Part shown: one piece after another, positions 54,384 to 63,939 of the stretch
Numbering within the stretch: position 1 is the stretch's first letter
Layout of the letters: every line of letters starts with the position of its first letter
Origin: a virus
Lineage: Duplodnaviria; Caudoviricetes
Reading direction: 5' to 3' (one strand)
DNA length: 64,000 nt
Virus record (IMG/VR): IMGVR_UViG_3300027759_000044
Position numbers and translations under genes: made by a program
The notes under the pieces: model-generated
What the model was told of the DNA's origin: nothing
What the model saw: the letters and a program-made list of their open reading frames with translations, nothing else
The model's database searches: none

Positions 54384-55775
54384 ATGGGACGTCCTCTAAA
54401 AATCGCAAAGGCTCAAGCAGTCTTAACAATCACCGATACAGCACAAACAGGTAGTATCGTTACAATCTCAGGTGGAAACTTAACAACTTCTCCTATAACC
54501 GGTGTAGCCGCAGGTATGTCATTCCAAGTAACTACTACCGTTGGTGGTTTAACAGCAGGTGTTACATATTATGTAAATTCAATACTATCAAATACTACAT
54601 TTGATGTTTCAACTACACAACTAAGTGTTCAACCGCGTGTTATGGCAACATTGGAAGATACTACTGGTCAAACAAATAAAGTTATTTCATTCAATGTTGT
54701 TGATGCTTATTTCAACAATCCACTTGGTGGCGCAGGCTTTCCAGCAACTAATGCTAACACATACGGTGTAGTTGGTGGCAACACAAATATTGTTGGTAAG
54801 CAAGTATTGACAGCAGTAGCTATCGGTATTGCTGGTACAGGTACTATATATACAAGCAGTGCTAATGCTAACGTATTTGGGGTAGGTACAAACTTTACTG
54901 CACAATTGAGCGCAAACTCAGCATTACAAGTTGCTGTTGCAAATACAAATGGTTCAACTGATTATGTAAATTTAGGTTTTGTCACAACATCAGTTGCAGG
55001 TTATGCAAATATTGAATTGTCTAATGCCTCTGCCAGTGGAAATTTTTTGACTTCTGTAGGCAACGCACAAACATTGTTTGCAAATCAGCCAGTAGTATTA
55101 ACAGCAAATATTGGTGGTCTGATTGCCGGTACAACATACTTTGTTAAAACTATTTCTAATGCAGCCGCATTCAGTGTTTCTAACTATGTTGGTGGTGCTA
55201 ACGTTTCTCTTACAAACGCAAACGTATCATCTTATGCTGTTCAAGACCGTGTTGTATTGACTGGTTCTGCATCAACTACAGCATCTAATGCCGCATTTAT
55301 TTACGCTGATGATGAAGCAGGTTATATTGTTCGTCAAAAAGGTAAAACAAAGTATTTGGTAAAAGGTGGTACAACAGGCTTGACAGCACAATGTTATACT
55401 GCTAATCTTGCTAACGCCGCATTGACACCAAACACAATGAATATTCTTTCTACTGATGTGGCATCGGCTACAGCATATGTTTCAAGTATTAATGACTATA
55501 ACTCTGAAGTGTTCCCAACGCAAGTTGCAGCCGGATCAATATCAGCAGGTACAGTTTATACAATTTACTTTGCTGGTACAACAAATTGGACAGCAATTGG
55601 TGCAATGGCTAATATGACAGGTATTACATTCACTGCTACTGCATCAGGTTCTGGTACAGGTACTGCTGTTGAATATAGTGTCAATCCTGACGTTATTGCT
55701 ACATTCAATACTGCGTTTGCCGCTAATGCAGCTAACGGTCAGCCTAACCCAATCGTAGTTATTGCTAGTGCTTAA
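54384..55775 (+). CDS. Structural protein (463 aa, repeated beta modules)
   Basis: Late promoter 54293; repeated T.GGL.AG.TY.V motifs. Confidence 0.6.
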   Translation: MGRPLKIAKAQAVLTITDTAQTGSIVTISGGNLTTSPITGVAAGMSFQVTTTVGGLTAGVTYYVNSILSNTTFDVSTTQLSVQPRVMATLEDTTGQTNKVISFNVVDAYFNNPLGGAGFPATNANTYGVVGGNTNIVGKQVLTAVAIGIAGTGTIYTSSANANVFGVGTNFTAQLSANSALQVAVANTNGSTDYVNLGFVTTSVAGYANIELSNASASGNFLTSVGNAQTLFANQPVVLTANIGGLIAGTTYFVKTISNAAAFSVSNYVGGANVSLTNANVSSYAVQDRVVLTGSASTTASNAAFIYADDEAGYIVRQKGKTKYLVKGGTTGLTAQCYTANLANAALTPNTMNILSTDVASATAYVSSINDYNSEVFPTQVAAGSISAGTVYTIYFAGTTNWTAIGAMANMTGITFTATASGSGTGTAVEYSVNPDVIATFNTAFAANAANGQPNPIVVIASA

Positions 55776-55777
55776 TT

Positions 55778-56089
55778 ATGGTAACAGGTAGAACTATTAA
55801 AATGCCAAAAACTGAAACCGATATTGCAGTTCTTCAGGTAGAAGTCCAAAACATCACTGATGATATCCGTGAAATAAAAACGGATATCAAAGATATTCAC
55901 GTTGAAATGGTTAAAAACAACGATGATACTAGAGTGATGTTAAAGGGTATGAAGGACGCTAGTTCATCAGCACATCAGGCAATGTCTGAAAAAATTTCCG
56001 CATTAGAAAAGTGGCGATGGATGATGATGGGAGCAGGTGTTGTAATAGGCTCGCTAGGTTTTGATACTATAGCAAAACTACTAAAATAA
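55778..56089 (+). CDS. Coiled-coil protein with C-terminal TM (XhlA/holin-like)
   Basis: Heptads followed by ALEKWRWMMMGAGVVIG. Confidence 0.5.
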   Translation: MVTGRTIKMPKTETDIAVLQVEVQNITDDIREIKTDIKDIHVEMVKNNDDTRVMLKGMKDASSSAHQAMSEKISALEKWRWMMMGAGVVIGSLGFDTIAKLLK

Positions 56090-56114
56090 AAAAACGGTCT
56101 TAGGACCGTTTTTT
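56089..56114. terminator. Bidirectional terminator between convergent genes
   Basis: AAAAAACGGTC-TTAG-GACCGTTTTTT; overlaps the NUDIX stop codon. Confidence 0.85.
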
Positions 56115-56516
56115 CGTAAGTGCTTTTAATTTCTTCTGAACAACATCAAAATTCACTGTACTAAATAATCCAGGATGTAATGGTTTAGGATATTGATTAT
56201 CACCCACCCAAGCATAACCACAATGTTCATAATTTAATATTGGGATGAATTCTTCATCTATCGCACAAAAAAATGTATGATAGGTAAACGTATTATTCAC
56301 AAATTTTTGTATCGGTACTAGTTTTGCATTTTCTGGAAAGTACCCAATTTCTTCTTGACATTCTCTATCAATACCCACAAGTAATGTTTCACCGTTTTCT
56401 ATCTTACCACCTGGTATACCCCAATTGCCCGGATTTTTGTTATCCGTTCTAAGTAGATATAAGAATCGTTGTGTGTTTTTAGCGTAAAAGAAAACGCCTG
56501 CTGAGATATTATTCAT
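56100..56516 (-). CDS. NUDIX hydrolase
   Basis: PGGKIENGETLLVGIDRECQEEIG Nudix box. Confidence 0.9.
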   Translation of the reverse strand: MNNISAGVFFYAKNTQRFLYLLRTDNKNPGNWGIPGGKIENGETLLVGIDRECQEEIGYFPENAKLVPIQKFVNNTFTYHTFFCAIDEEFIPILNYEHCGYAWVGDNQYPKPLHPGLFSTVNFDVVQKKLKALTKKRS

Positions 56517-56544
56517 ATGCTAAAGTATTATAGCATAAAGTACT

Positions 56545-57921
56545 TTAGATTACAATACTATAATCACCCTGGTCGTACCAACCTTCCCAAGATTTCATCC
56601 ATGCATCTTCGGTATTAACATAACGATATTGTATGCTGGTTGTTAAATTGGTAACATATTCTACTGTAGTAGCCTGGGCACTATCAAATGATACAAACCA
56701 TTCGCCTGTACCACTATCATATTCAATAATGTCATTAGCATATGCTACTACATTACCCCATGCAATAGTTGTATCACCTTCATGACCAATGTTATCTACA
56801 ATAAGATATCTCATGCCATTTTCTGCGGGAGGTAACCCTGCATTTGGTCCAGTGACTAGTGGGTTAATCACGCTGTCTACAGGATCCAATGTATTTTGGG
56901 GCAGGGTATCTGGATCAATATCATATATCAATAATCTATCATCTACTGGATCCGGAACAATAGTGCCAACAATCTCGGTAGTCATAAATGGGTTTTGTAA
57001 CCATATTTGACTGATACCGGGACGTATAGTTCCATAAACATTTAATAGACTTGACCAATATAAACTTGTATTGGGGTTAGGAGGCAAATCTAAATCTTCA
57101 TTACTTGGATAGAAATCTTGATTAGCTGGTAATAGTTGTAGGCTATTACCTATCAATAATAATTTATATCCATATGGTGTAATCTTTTGTCTTGTACCTA
57201 ATAATAAATCATCATTCTGTATATCATCCAGTGCTTTACCAGAGAATATACTTGCAATAATCTTTTCAATAACACCCATCTTTTTAAGTTTAGCCGCATT
57301 GCTAATCCATATAGGCATATAAAATTTCCAACTTAGTACATCAATAGGATTACCTGTACCTTGTGGTATTTGTCTACTACTAAATGTTAAACCATCTTGA
57401 TACACAACACTTAAACTAGTCCAATCAATAAAGTTATCAGTAGATTGAATTTCTAATGAAGGATTGAATAGTGTGCCTAGTTGTTCAATCAATTCTAATT
57501 TTTGATTGTAATTAGTTGTCCATAAATCTACACTCATACGTAATGTATAGGGTACTGGCATTAATCTTTCAACAGTAAATGCTTGTCCTTGTACAGTTTC
57601 ATAGCTTTGTGTTTCTGCATTATAGCTACGTTGACGAACTTGAATCTTATCAACAAAGGTAGGATCTTGAGTTCTACGTTGATCATATTCTAAACCAGTA
57701 ATGTAATAAGTGATTAGTGGTGCGCTAGGCAAATTACTAGCACTATTGTTAGCAATAATTGTACTTGCTTGACGACTTGAATCACCATACATAACTGGAA
57801 CACGAACCAATATTTCATTGCCCGCGGGGTCTTTGCCTTTAGTAACATACCAATTGCTAAAGATTTTTCCAAATTGAATTAGAAATCTGCGTACTTGATT
57901 ATCATAGAAAAATTGTGCCAT
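56545..57921 (-). CDS. Tail terminator/sheath-stabiliser (T4 gp15-like) with C-terminal extension
   Basis: FYDNQVRRFLIQFGKIFSN...RVPVMYG; PVPYTL...Q..EQ...LFNP. Confidence 0.7.
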   Translation of the reverse strand: MAQFFYDNQVRRFLIQFGKIFSNWYVTKGKDPAGNEILVRVPVMYGDSSRQASTIIANNSASNLPSAPLITYYITGLEYDQRRTQDPTFVDKIQVRQRSYNAETQSYETVQGQAFTVERLMPVPYTLRMSVDLWTTNYNQKLELIEQLGTLFNPSLEIQSTDNFIDWTSLSVVYQDGLTFSSRQIPQGTGNPIDVLSWKFYMPIWISNAAKLKKMGVIEKIIASIFSGKALDDIQNDDLLLGTRQKITPYGYKLLLIGNSLQLLPANQDFYPSNEDLDLPPNPNTSLYWSSLLNVYGTIRPGISQIWLQNPFMTTEIVGTIVPDPVDDRLLIYDIDPDTLPQNTLDPVDSVINPLVTGPNAGLPPAENGMRYLIVDNIGHEGDTTIAWGNVVAYANDIIEYDSGTGEWFVSFDSAQATTVEYVTNLTTSIQYRYVNTEDAWMKSWEGWYDQGDYSIVI

Positions 57922-57924
57922 TTA

Positions 57925-59643
57925 TTAAATTACCGGTGGTAGTGGATCTGGTGCTATCGTTAAAATAGTTGATAGAGCTTGTTTCTGTGGTATCTCTGTA
58001 CCATTAGTTGTGACAGTAACATTACTGTTATTTATGAAAGTAGATTGCTGTGACAAATCTGTTTCAGTAAATCCTGTAGGTGTTCTGACGTTTTTAGATA
58101 TACGAACCCATATTCTACCGTCCCAACGATAAAGAAGTTGTGGTAAATAATCTGTGCGTAAGAAATATGCACCCACTTCTGGGTTTTGAGGAAAAGCAAT
58201 ACCTGCTCCTGTCGGGAATCCATTTGGTGCTTCGCCCGTACCGTCTAAGTAACCAGTTGTATATCCAAAACTTCTTGGGCTACTACGAGCAATGAATTGG
58301 AATCTTGGATCAGAATCTGCACGATAGTCCATAGTATCTGGGCCATATGGTTGTGTTCCAGTAAAGTTTGGTGCTACTGGATTCTGATCGGCAAACGCAT
58401 ATGTGTTATCTGAAGTACCATATGGTCCTGTAATTGGCCCTGTTGGCAATGCTGTTAATACAATCTCACCCTCAACTGCTCCCGAACCGTTACCAATGAG
58501 TGTGGGTGCAATAGTAGCAGTTTCTAAATTAATTTGTCGTGCGGCTTGTAAAGGATCAAATGTCATGTCCGCTGACATATCCCATATACTTTGAATTGTT
58601 GCTTTAGGTATGCGTAATATAGGACTTGCGTTTTTGTAAGCAGGACTACGAACTATTGCTACAACACCGGTTGCTACAACAGGAGCACCTCCGTTATTAG
58701 CAATAACATTTATAGGAGGAGCGGGTTGATTATATTTACCTGATAATTCTGTATTAGTTTCAAATTCACCATATGTAGGTACAATATATAAATTACTTCT
58801 ATCGTAACCTGATTTAGGTACTAATCTATCAGCCTCTTCAATAATAGCATTATTGATTTGTAGATTCTTATTGTATGTAGCAAGAATATCTTTAAGATTT
58901 TGATTAGGATCAAGTTCCCAGAATACTGTATTAGGAGGAGTAATACCAATTGGTACTTCTTGTTTAGATAGATAATTTTTATCACCAAATGTAATAGTAT
59001 AACCGGCTGGATATGTTCTAGTAGCATCCCATAATCCAAGATAATTATCCTGATTAATTGGCTCAGATAATATCTGACTAAATTCTTCACTATCAACTAA
59101 TGGTTCACATTTAATACGCCATAAATGCGGATACCAAGTAGGACTAAATCCTTCACTAGCAAAATTACCATCTGTTATTTGATAAAATCTTTTTAATGCT
59201 ACCGGAATAGTTTCTTTTAATGGATTATAATCTAATAGATGAGGTAATTCTAATACATCACCTACCATTAATTTACGACCAATTAAATCAATCATATCAT
59301 TATAATGAATGGTAATAAAAATAATATCGTTATTTAAGAATAAACCAAATTGGCTTAAATTAAAGTCTAAATTCTGAACATTATAATGACCACGTAATCT
59401 ATAAATATTAGGGTCATATGTTCTATCTCTATTCTCTAAAAATAGTAAATCTTGTATATTAGTAGGATCTAATACATCATATTGTGGTTGTGTATAATCA
59501 ATACTTGCACCCTGATCTGTGGGTCCTAAGTATTTGTGAATATATAAATCTGTGGAGCCAACAGTAAACATCTCTGATATTGTTCTATCAAAGAATCGAT
59601 AATCGTTTGATTTTGTCGGGTGATATAGTGATAATCTAGGCAT
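57925..59643 (-). CDS. Neck/head-closure protein (T4 gp14-like), extended
   Basis: E...G.D.Y..KY; FLENRDR; FGLF...D; GD...P; next to gp15-like gene. Confidence 0.65.
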   Translation of the reverse strand: MPRLSLYHPTKSNDYRFFDRTISEMFTVGSTDLYIHKYLGPTDQGASIDYTQPQYDVLDPTNIQDLLFLENRDRTYDPNIYRLRGHYNVQNLDFNLSQFGLFLNNDIIFITIHYNDMIDLIGRKLMVGDVLELPHLLDYNPLKETIPVALKRFYQITDGNFASEGFSPTWYPHLWRIKCEPLVDSEEFSQILSEPINQDNYLGLWDATRTYPAGYTITFGDKNYLSKQEVPIGITPPNTVFWELDPNQNLKDILATYNKNLQINNAIIEEADRLVPKSGYDRSNLYIVPTYGEFETNTELSGKYNQPAPPINVIANNGGAPVVATGVVAIVRSPAYKNASPILRIPKATIQSIWDMSADMTFDPLQAARQINLETATIAPTLIGNGSGAVEGEIVLTALPTGPITGPYGTSDNTYAFADQNPVAPNFTGTQPYGPDTMDYRADSDPRFQFIARSSPRSFGYTTGYLDGTGEAPNGFPTGAGIAFPQNPEVGAYFLRTDYLPQLLYRWDGRIWVRISKNVRTPTGFTETDLSQQSTFINNSNVTVTTNGTEIPQKQALSTILTIAPDPLPPVI

Positions 59644-59696
59644 ATCTATTATTTATCTGTTCAGCAGATAGAGTTAAAAACGGGTCAACTGCAAGG

Positions 59697-59725
59697 TTGA
59701 CAATAAATGGAACATCTGCTATAAT
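59697..59725 (+). promoter_or_regulatory. Early promoter
   Basis: TTGACAATAAAT...TATAAT, 17-bp spacer. Confidence 0.8.
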
Positions 59726-59757
59726 ACATAAATGCGCTATAAATTTAGGAGAACTTA

Positions 59758-60942
59758 ATGGCAACACGTAAACCCGCAAAGAAAATCATTAAAGCTAGTG
59801 ATTATTCACAGGTTAAGACACTTAACCCTAGAGACCCGGACATTGAATATTTAGGTCCTGAACCTATGTTTGCCGTACAACCCGATCCAGATAGACGCCG
59901 AGTAGCACTTATGCGTAGTTTCACATGGTATGGTCGTTTCTATGGCAAGAAAGATGCTAAAGAATTCTTATCACAATACTTAGACCTACGTGAACGACCA
60001 CAAGAGGCTAAAATTATGCGTAAGATTGATGAAAGAGAATGTATCAATACTCTAGCTTGGTTGGCACGTATGGAATTGCGTGGGCTAGAACTTTCTGAAA
60101 CAGAATCAGATACCCTACAAAATGAAATTAAACGATTGCTTGAAACTATTAATAAACCAGAAGTGATTGAAGCTACTGTACCCGAAGTGTCTAATAGACC
60201 TAACATTCAGGAAATTCTAAAAGATAAAGCACGTGAAGCCGCAGGTGAACTTGAAGGATTGTTTGATGAATATATTACATCAGGTGCAGGATCAAAACAT
60301 ACATTAAGACCAATAGATGAGGTTGCTAAAAAGAATGTAATGCCACAACATATCAGTTTATTGACCGATGTATGGAAAAAGAAATTGAATGAAATTGAAG
60401 AAGTATTAAAAGGTACTGATAGTCAATTAGTGCAGGGTTATCAACATTTAACTAAAACACAATTGAAAAATATTGTAAAGTTTATTGAGTTAGTTATTAG
60501 TGATTTGAATAGTTACATTAGTGTTAAGAAAGCCGCTAAAGCTCCTAGGGCACGTAAGGCTGTACCTGTAGAGAAACAAGTAGCAAAACTTAAGTATCTT
60601 AAAACATTCAAAGATACTGCAAGTAAACTTGATTTGATGAGTATCAGTCCTATTAAGCTTCATGGCGCAAGTGAAGCATGGGTTTATGATACAGCAAAAC
60701 GCAAATTACATCATTACATTGCTGATGACTATAGCAAAACGTTTACTGTTAAAGGTAGCACATTGTTAGGGTTTGATACAGCACAAAGTGAAGTGAAAAC
60801 ACTACGTAAACCGGCTGAGCAGATTAAAGAAGTTATGGGTAGCAAGCCGGCAGCACGTAAGTATTTTAAAGACATTAAAGCAGTTAGTACAACACCTAAT
60901 GGTAGGTTTAACGACCAAATGATTATTTTGAAAGCATTTTAA
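59758..60942 (+). CDS. Hypothetical early protein (394 aa)
   Basis: AGGAG RBS after an early promoter. Confidence 0.75.
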   Translation: MATRKPAKKIIKASDYSQVKTLNPRDPDIEYLGPEPMFAVQPDPDRRRVALMRSFTWYGRFYGKKDAKEFLSQYLDLRERPQEAKIMRKIDERECINTLAWLARMELRGLELSETESDTLQNEIKRLLETINKPEVIEATVPEVSNRPNIQEILKDKAREAAGELEGLFDEYITSGAGSKHTLRPIDEVAKKNVMPQHISLLTDVWKKKLNEIEEVLKGTDSQLVQGYQHLTKTQLKNIVKFIELVISDLNSYISVKKAAKAPRARKAVPVEKQVAKLKYLKTFKDTASKLDLMSISPIKLHGASEAWVYDTAKRKLHHYIADDYSKTFTVKGSTLLGFDTAQSEVKTLRKPAEQIKEVMGSKPAARKYFKDIKAVSTTPNGRFNDQMIILKAF

Positions 60943-61124
60943 TGAGCGATATTCAAGACCGAATGGAAGAACTAATTAAGCCAATAGACCAGCAAATTAT
61001 GATGTGTGATGATAGGCGTGATTTGCTTATGTTTAATTGTGCTATGTTACAGCGTGTAAGAGAATTATTTGATGCGCTAGTAGGAGAAGAGGGTAGAAAA
61101 CAAATGTTTAAGGATTTAGTATGA
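60942..61124 (+). CDS. Hypothetical 60-aa protein
   Basis: Translationally coupled at both ends. Confidence 0.65.
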   Translation: MSDIQDRMEELIKPIDQQIMMCDDRRDLLMFNCAMLQRVRELFDALVGEEGRKQMFKDLV

Positions 61125-61552
61125 ATATTGATTTGAACAAATACAAAGATTTTGTAGAAGCAGTAACTAGTAAACCTAGTAATGACTTAACTACATTTAT
61201 GGACCGATGTGATGAACTTGATGGTAATTACATTGGTGACGGATTACATGGACCTGATATCAATGTCCCGCTACTACTCACCGCTTGTCTAGGATTAGCG
61301 GCTGAAAGTGGAGAATTTATTGAAGTGCCCAAAAAGATGTTTTTTCAGGGTAAACCATTAAATGATGAGAACGTCTTTCATATGAAACGAGAACTCGGGG
61401 ATATCATGTGGTATTGGATTAATGCTTGTAGAGCATTAAATCTTGACCCAAATGATGTTATTAATGAGAATGTACGTAAATTAGAAAGTCGCTATCCCGG
61501 TGGTAGTTTTGACGCACATTATAGTGAGAATCGTAAACCGGGCGATTTGTGA
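61121..61552 (+). CDS. mazG: MazG-like NTP pyrophosphohydrolase
   Basis: GLAAESGEF..V.KK, RELGDIMWY, NVRKLESRYP. Confidence 0.88.
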   Translation: MNIDLNKYKDFVEAVTSKPSNDLTTFMDRCDELDGNYIGDGLHGPDINVPLLLTACLGLAAESGEFIEVPKKMFFQGKPLNDENVFHMKRELGDIMWYWINACRALNLDPNDVINENVRKLESRYPGGSFDAHYSENRKPGDL

Positions 61553-61560
61553 TTGTTAGT

Positions 61561-61591
61561 TGTTTCCTGATAAATACAATATCGGGAAACA
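61561..61591 (+). promoter_or_regulatory. 12-bp hairpin enclosing a late promoter and masking the gp13 RBS
   Basis: TGTTTCCTGATA-aatacaa-TATCGGGAAACA; ATAAATA at 61570. Confidence 0.7.
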
Positions 61592-61594
61592 TAT

Positions 61595-62392
61595 ATGACA
61601 ATATCAGCAACAGCAAGTATCCTTTCTACTCCATCTGGTCTAACATTAGATGAATTGAAACAAGCATTATTCCAAAACGTCAGATATCGTCTGGGAGATG
61701 GTATCATTGACTTGGAATTAGATCCTCAACACTATGAGGCAGCATATAACTATGCTATCAAAGTCTATCGTCAACGAGCGCAAAATGCCACAGCAGAATC
61801 CTATACTCTTTTCACAATAGAAAAGAATGTTGATACATATACCCTACCACAAGAATTTATTAACGTCAGATGTTTATATCGTAGAACAGTTGGATTAGAA
61901 ACAGGACCAAGTTCTAGTTCATTTGATCCATTCAGTTCAGCTATTCTAAACACATATTTGTTAAATTATAATTATGCTGGTGGTATGGCAACATATGACT
62001 TTTATGCTGGTTATGTTGAACTAGCCGCACGTATGTTTGGTGGTTATGTAGTTTATACCTTTGATCCAGTTACCAAAGTATTGCGTATTGTACGTGATCC
62101 AAAAGGTTCTGGAGAACGTGTATTAATTTGGGCAGATGTACAAAGAACACAAGAAGTATTATTACAAGATCCGGGCGCTGGAGTTTGGATTGGTGATTGG
62201 GTATTTGCTGTATTAAAAGGTATCATTGGTGAAGCACGTGAAAAGTTTGCTAGTATCGCAGGTCCAGGTGGCGGCACAAGTTTGAATGGTGCGGCAATGA
62301 AAGCTGAATCTAAACAACTTCAACAAGAACTTATTGAAGAATTGAAACGTTATGTAGATTACAGTCAACCATTGACTTGGGTACAGGGCTAA
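61595..62392 (+). CDS. Neck/head-tail adaptor (T4 gp13-like)
   Basis: RLG...I..EL...HY...A...Y; GG..LNG...AE......L.EEL. Confidence 0.7.
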   Translation: MTISATASILSTPSGLTLDELKQALFQNVRYRLGDGIIDLELDPQHYEAAYNYAIKVYRQRAQNATAESYTLFTIEKNVDTYTLPQEFINVRCLYRRTVGLETGPSSSSFDPFSSAILNTYLLNYNYAGGMATYDFYAGYVELAARMFGGYVVYTFDPVTKVLRIVRDPKGSGERVLIWADVQRTQEVLLQDPGAGVWIGDWVFAVLKGIIGEAREKFASIAGPGGGTSLNGAAMKAESKQLQQELIEELKRYVDYSQPLTWVQG

Positions 62393-62800
62393 ATGAGAGC
62401 AATTGAATTTATAATTGAATCCAATAACATTGCTTCAGCAGAGAAGGTATGGGATTATGTTGATGGCTCTCATCCCAAAGACCAACAAGGTGGCGGATTT
62501 TTAAAAAGTTTGGTAATGCGTAATCCACAATATGAATTAAAACGTGTACCATTATCAAGTTTACACGTACCAAACGACAAAGATGAAGGCAATGATCCAT
62601 ATGGACGAGCTATGTTTGTCGATGTTGACCATGCAAGAGAGTATAGTCAACATTACATAGATAAAAAGCCATTAGTAGTTGATTCACGAGGACACATACT
62701 AGATGGTGCACATAGAGCTTGGGCCGCATCAGAGTTATTGAATAAAACTGATATCATGGCTTGGGTTCCTGTTAAACAAGGTGTGGCGGAAGATAATTAA
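62393..62800 (+). CDS. ParB/Srx-like domain protein with CTS-like N-terminus
   Basis: PLVVD...ILDGAHRAWAA; starts MRAIEFIIE. Confidence 0.65.
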   Translation: MRAIEFIIESNNIASAEKVWDYVDGSHPKDQQGGGFLKSLVMRNPQYELKRVPLSSLHVPNDKDEGNDPYGRAMFVDVDHAREYSQHYIDKKPLVVDSRGHILDGAHRAWAASELLNKTDIMAWVPVKQGVAEDN

Positions 62801-62859
62801 CCTAAACAGTTTACTTTACGACACTCCTGTAGTACAATATGTATTACAGGAGTTACCAT

Positions 62860-63492
62860 ATGATTATTGGAGTTACAGGTTTAATTGGGTCAGGCAAAGA
62901 TACGATTGCTGACTATCTTTGTACATTTCACGGGTTCAAACGTGTTAGCTTTGCGGCATCATTGAAAGACGCAGTAGCCAGTGTATTTGGTTGGAATAGA
63001 GAATACCTAGAAGGTTCTACTAAAACAAGTAGAGCTTGGCGAGAACAGAAAGATGAATGGTGGAGTGAACGTCTTGGTATGGAGATCACCCCAAGATGGG
63101 TATTACAATATTGGGGTACAGAAGTATGTCGTAATAACTTTCATAGTGATATTTGGGTAGCAAGTGTAGAGAATAAACTACGTCAAACCGATGAAAACAT
63201 TGTGATTACCGATTGCCGTTTTGCTAATGAAGTTAATTCTATCAAAAGTGTAGGTGGAATAACAATGCGTGTTAATAGAGGTGAACGACCAATTTGGTAT
63301 AGTGCGGCAGTTGATTATAACAATGAACCTGAAGGTAGCGAACAAAAAATAAAAGCTATGGTAGAATTAGGAAACTATAGTGTCCATGCTAGTGAATACT
63401 CTAGTATTGGATTATTATATGACCATTATATTGACAACAATGGTTCAATCGATGAGTTACATAAACAAGTCAACTCAGTAGTCAACCTGTAA
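62860..63492 (+). CDS. Deoxynucleoside monophosphate kinase (T4 gp1-like)
   Basis: IGVTGLIGSGKDT, FAASLK, PR.VLQYWGTE, ITDCRFANE. Confidence 0.88.
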   Translation: MIIGVTGLIGSGKDTIADYLCTFHGFKRVSFAASLKDAVASVFGWNREYLEGSTKTSRAWREQKDEWWSERLGMEITPRWVLQYWGTEVCRNNFHSDIWVASVENKLRQTDENIVITDCRFANEVNSIKSVGGITMRVNRGERPIWYSAAVDYNNEPEGSEQKIKAMVELGNYSVHASEYSSIGLLYDHYIDNNGSIDELHKQVNSVVNL

Positions 63493-63822
63493 GTCCCCTC
63501 GTTTCCAAGTAACTTCTTTCTTTTTAACTACTTCCACACAGTTAAGACAGATACTACGTAGATTAGATAGTTCAGCGTTATCTAAGTTACCGTCAATGTG
63601 AAAGACTGTAATTTGACTTGTAAATAGACTTTTGAAGCCGCATAAATCACATGCGGCTTTTTTCTTATATCCCTTGCTTTTCCATTTAGGGATTCTAGGT
63701 TTAAGTTTATTTTTCTTTCTCCCACACTCATCGCACAAGCTTCTATAGTGTGTTATACCTACACGGTGGTAGTTAACAGAACAGTGATTCTTTCCACAGG
63801 TGTTGCATATAGGTCTCATCAT
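63475..63822 (-). CDS. HNH-like Zn-binding endonuclease
   Basis: CNTC, CDEC, CDLC, HIDGNLDN...NL...CLNC. Confidence 0.7.
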   Translation of the reverse strand: MMRPICNTCGKNHCSVNYHRVGITHYRSLCDECGRKKNKLKPRIPKWKSKGYKKKAACDLCGFKSLFTSQITVFHIDGNLDNAELSNLRSICLNCVEVVKKKEVTWKRGDLQVDY

Positions 63823-63939
63823 GTATTTACTCATAAAGCCTTCGAAGGCACGGTAAGTATGTCTTTTTATAAGTATTTGATAAATATTAATATGCAAACA
63901 GGTAGTAAACCTTAAAATTTTACATAAAGGAAATATAAA

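Noticed and set aside
63475-63822. HNH gene as a mobile homing element or intron ORF
   Set aside because: No interrupted host gene, flanking repeats or intron structure visible.
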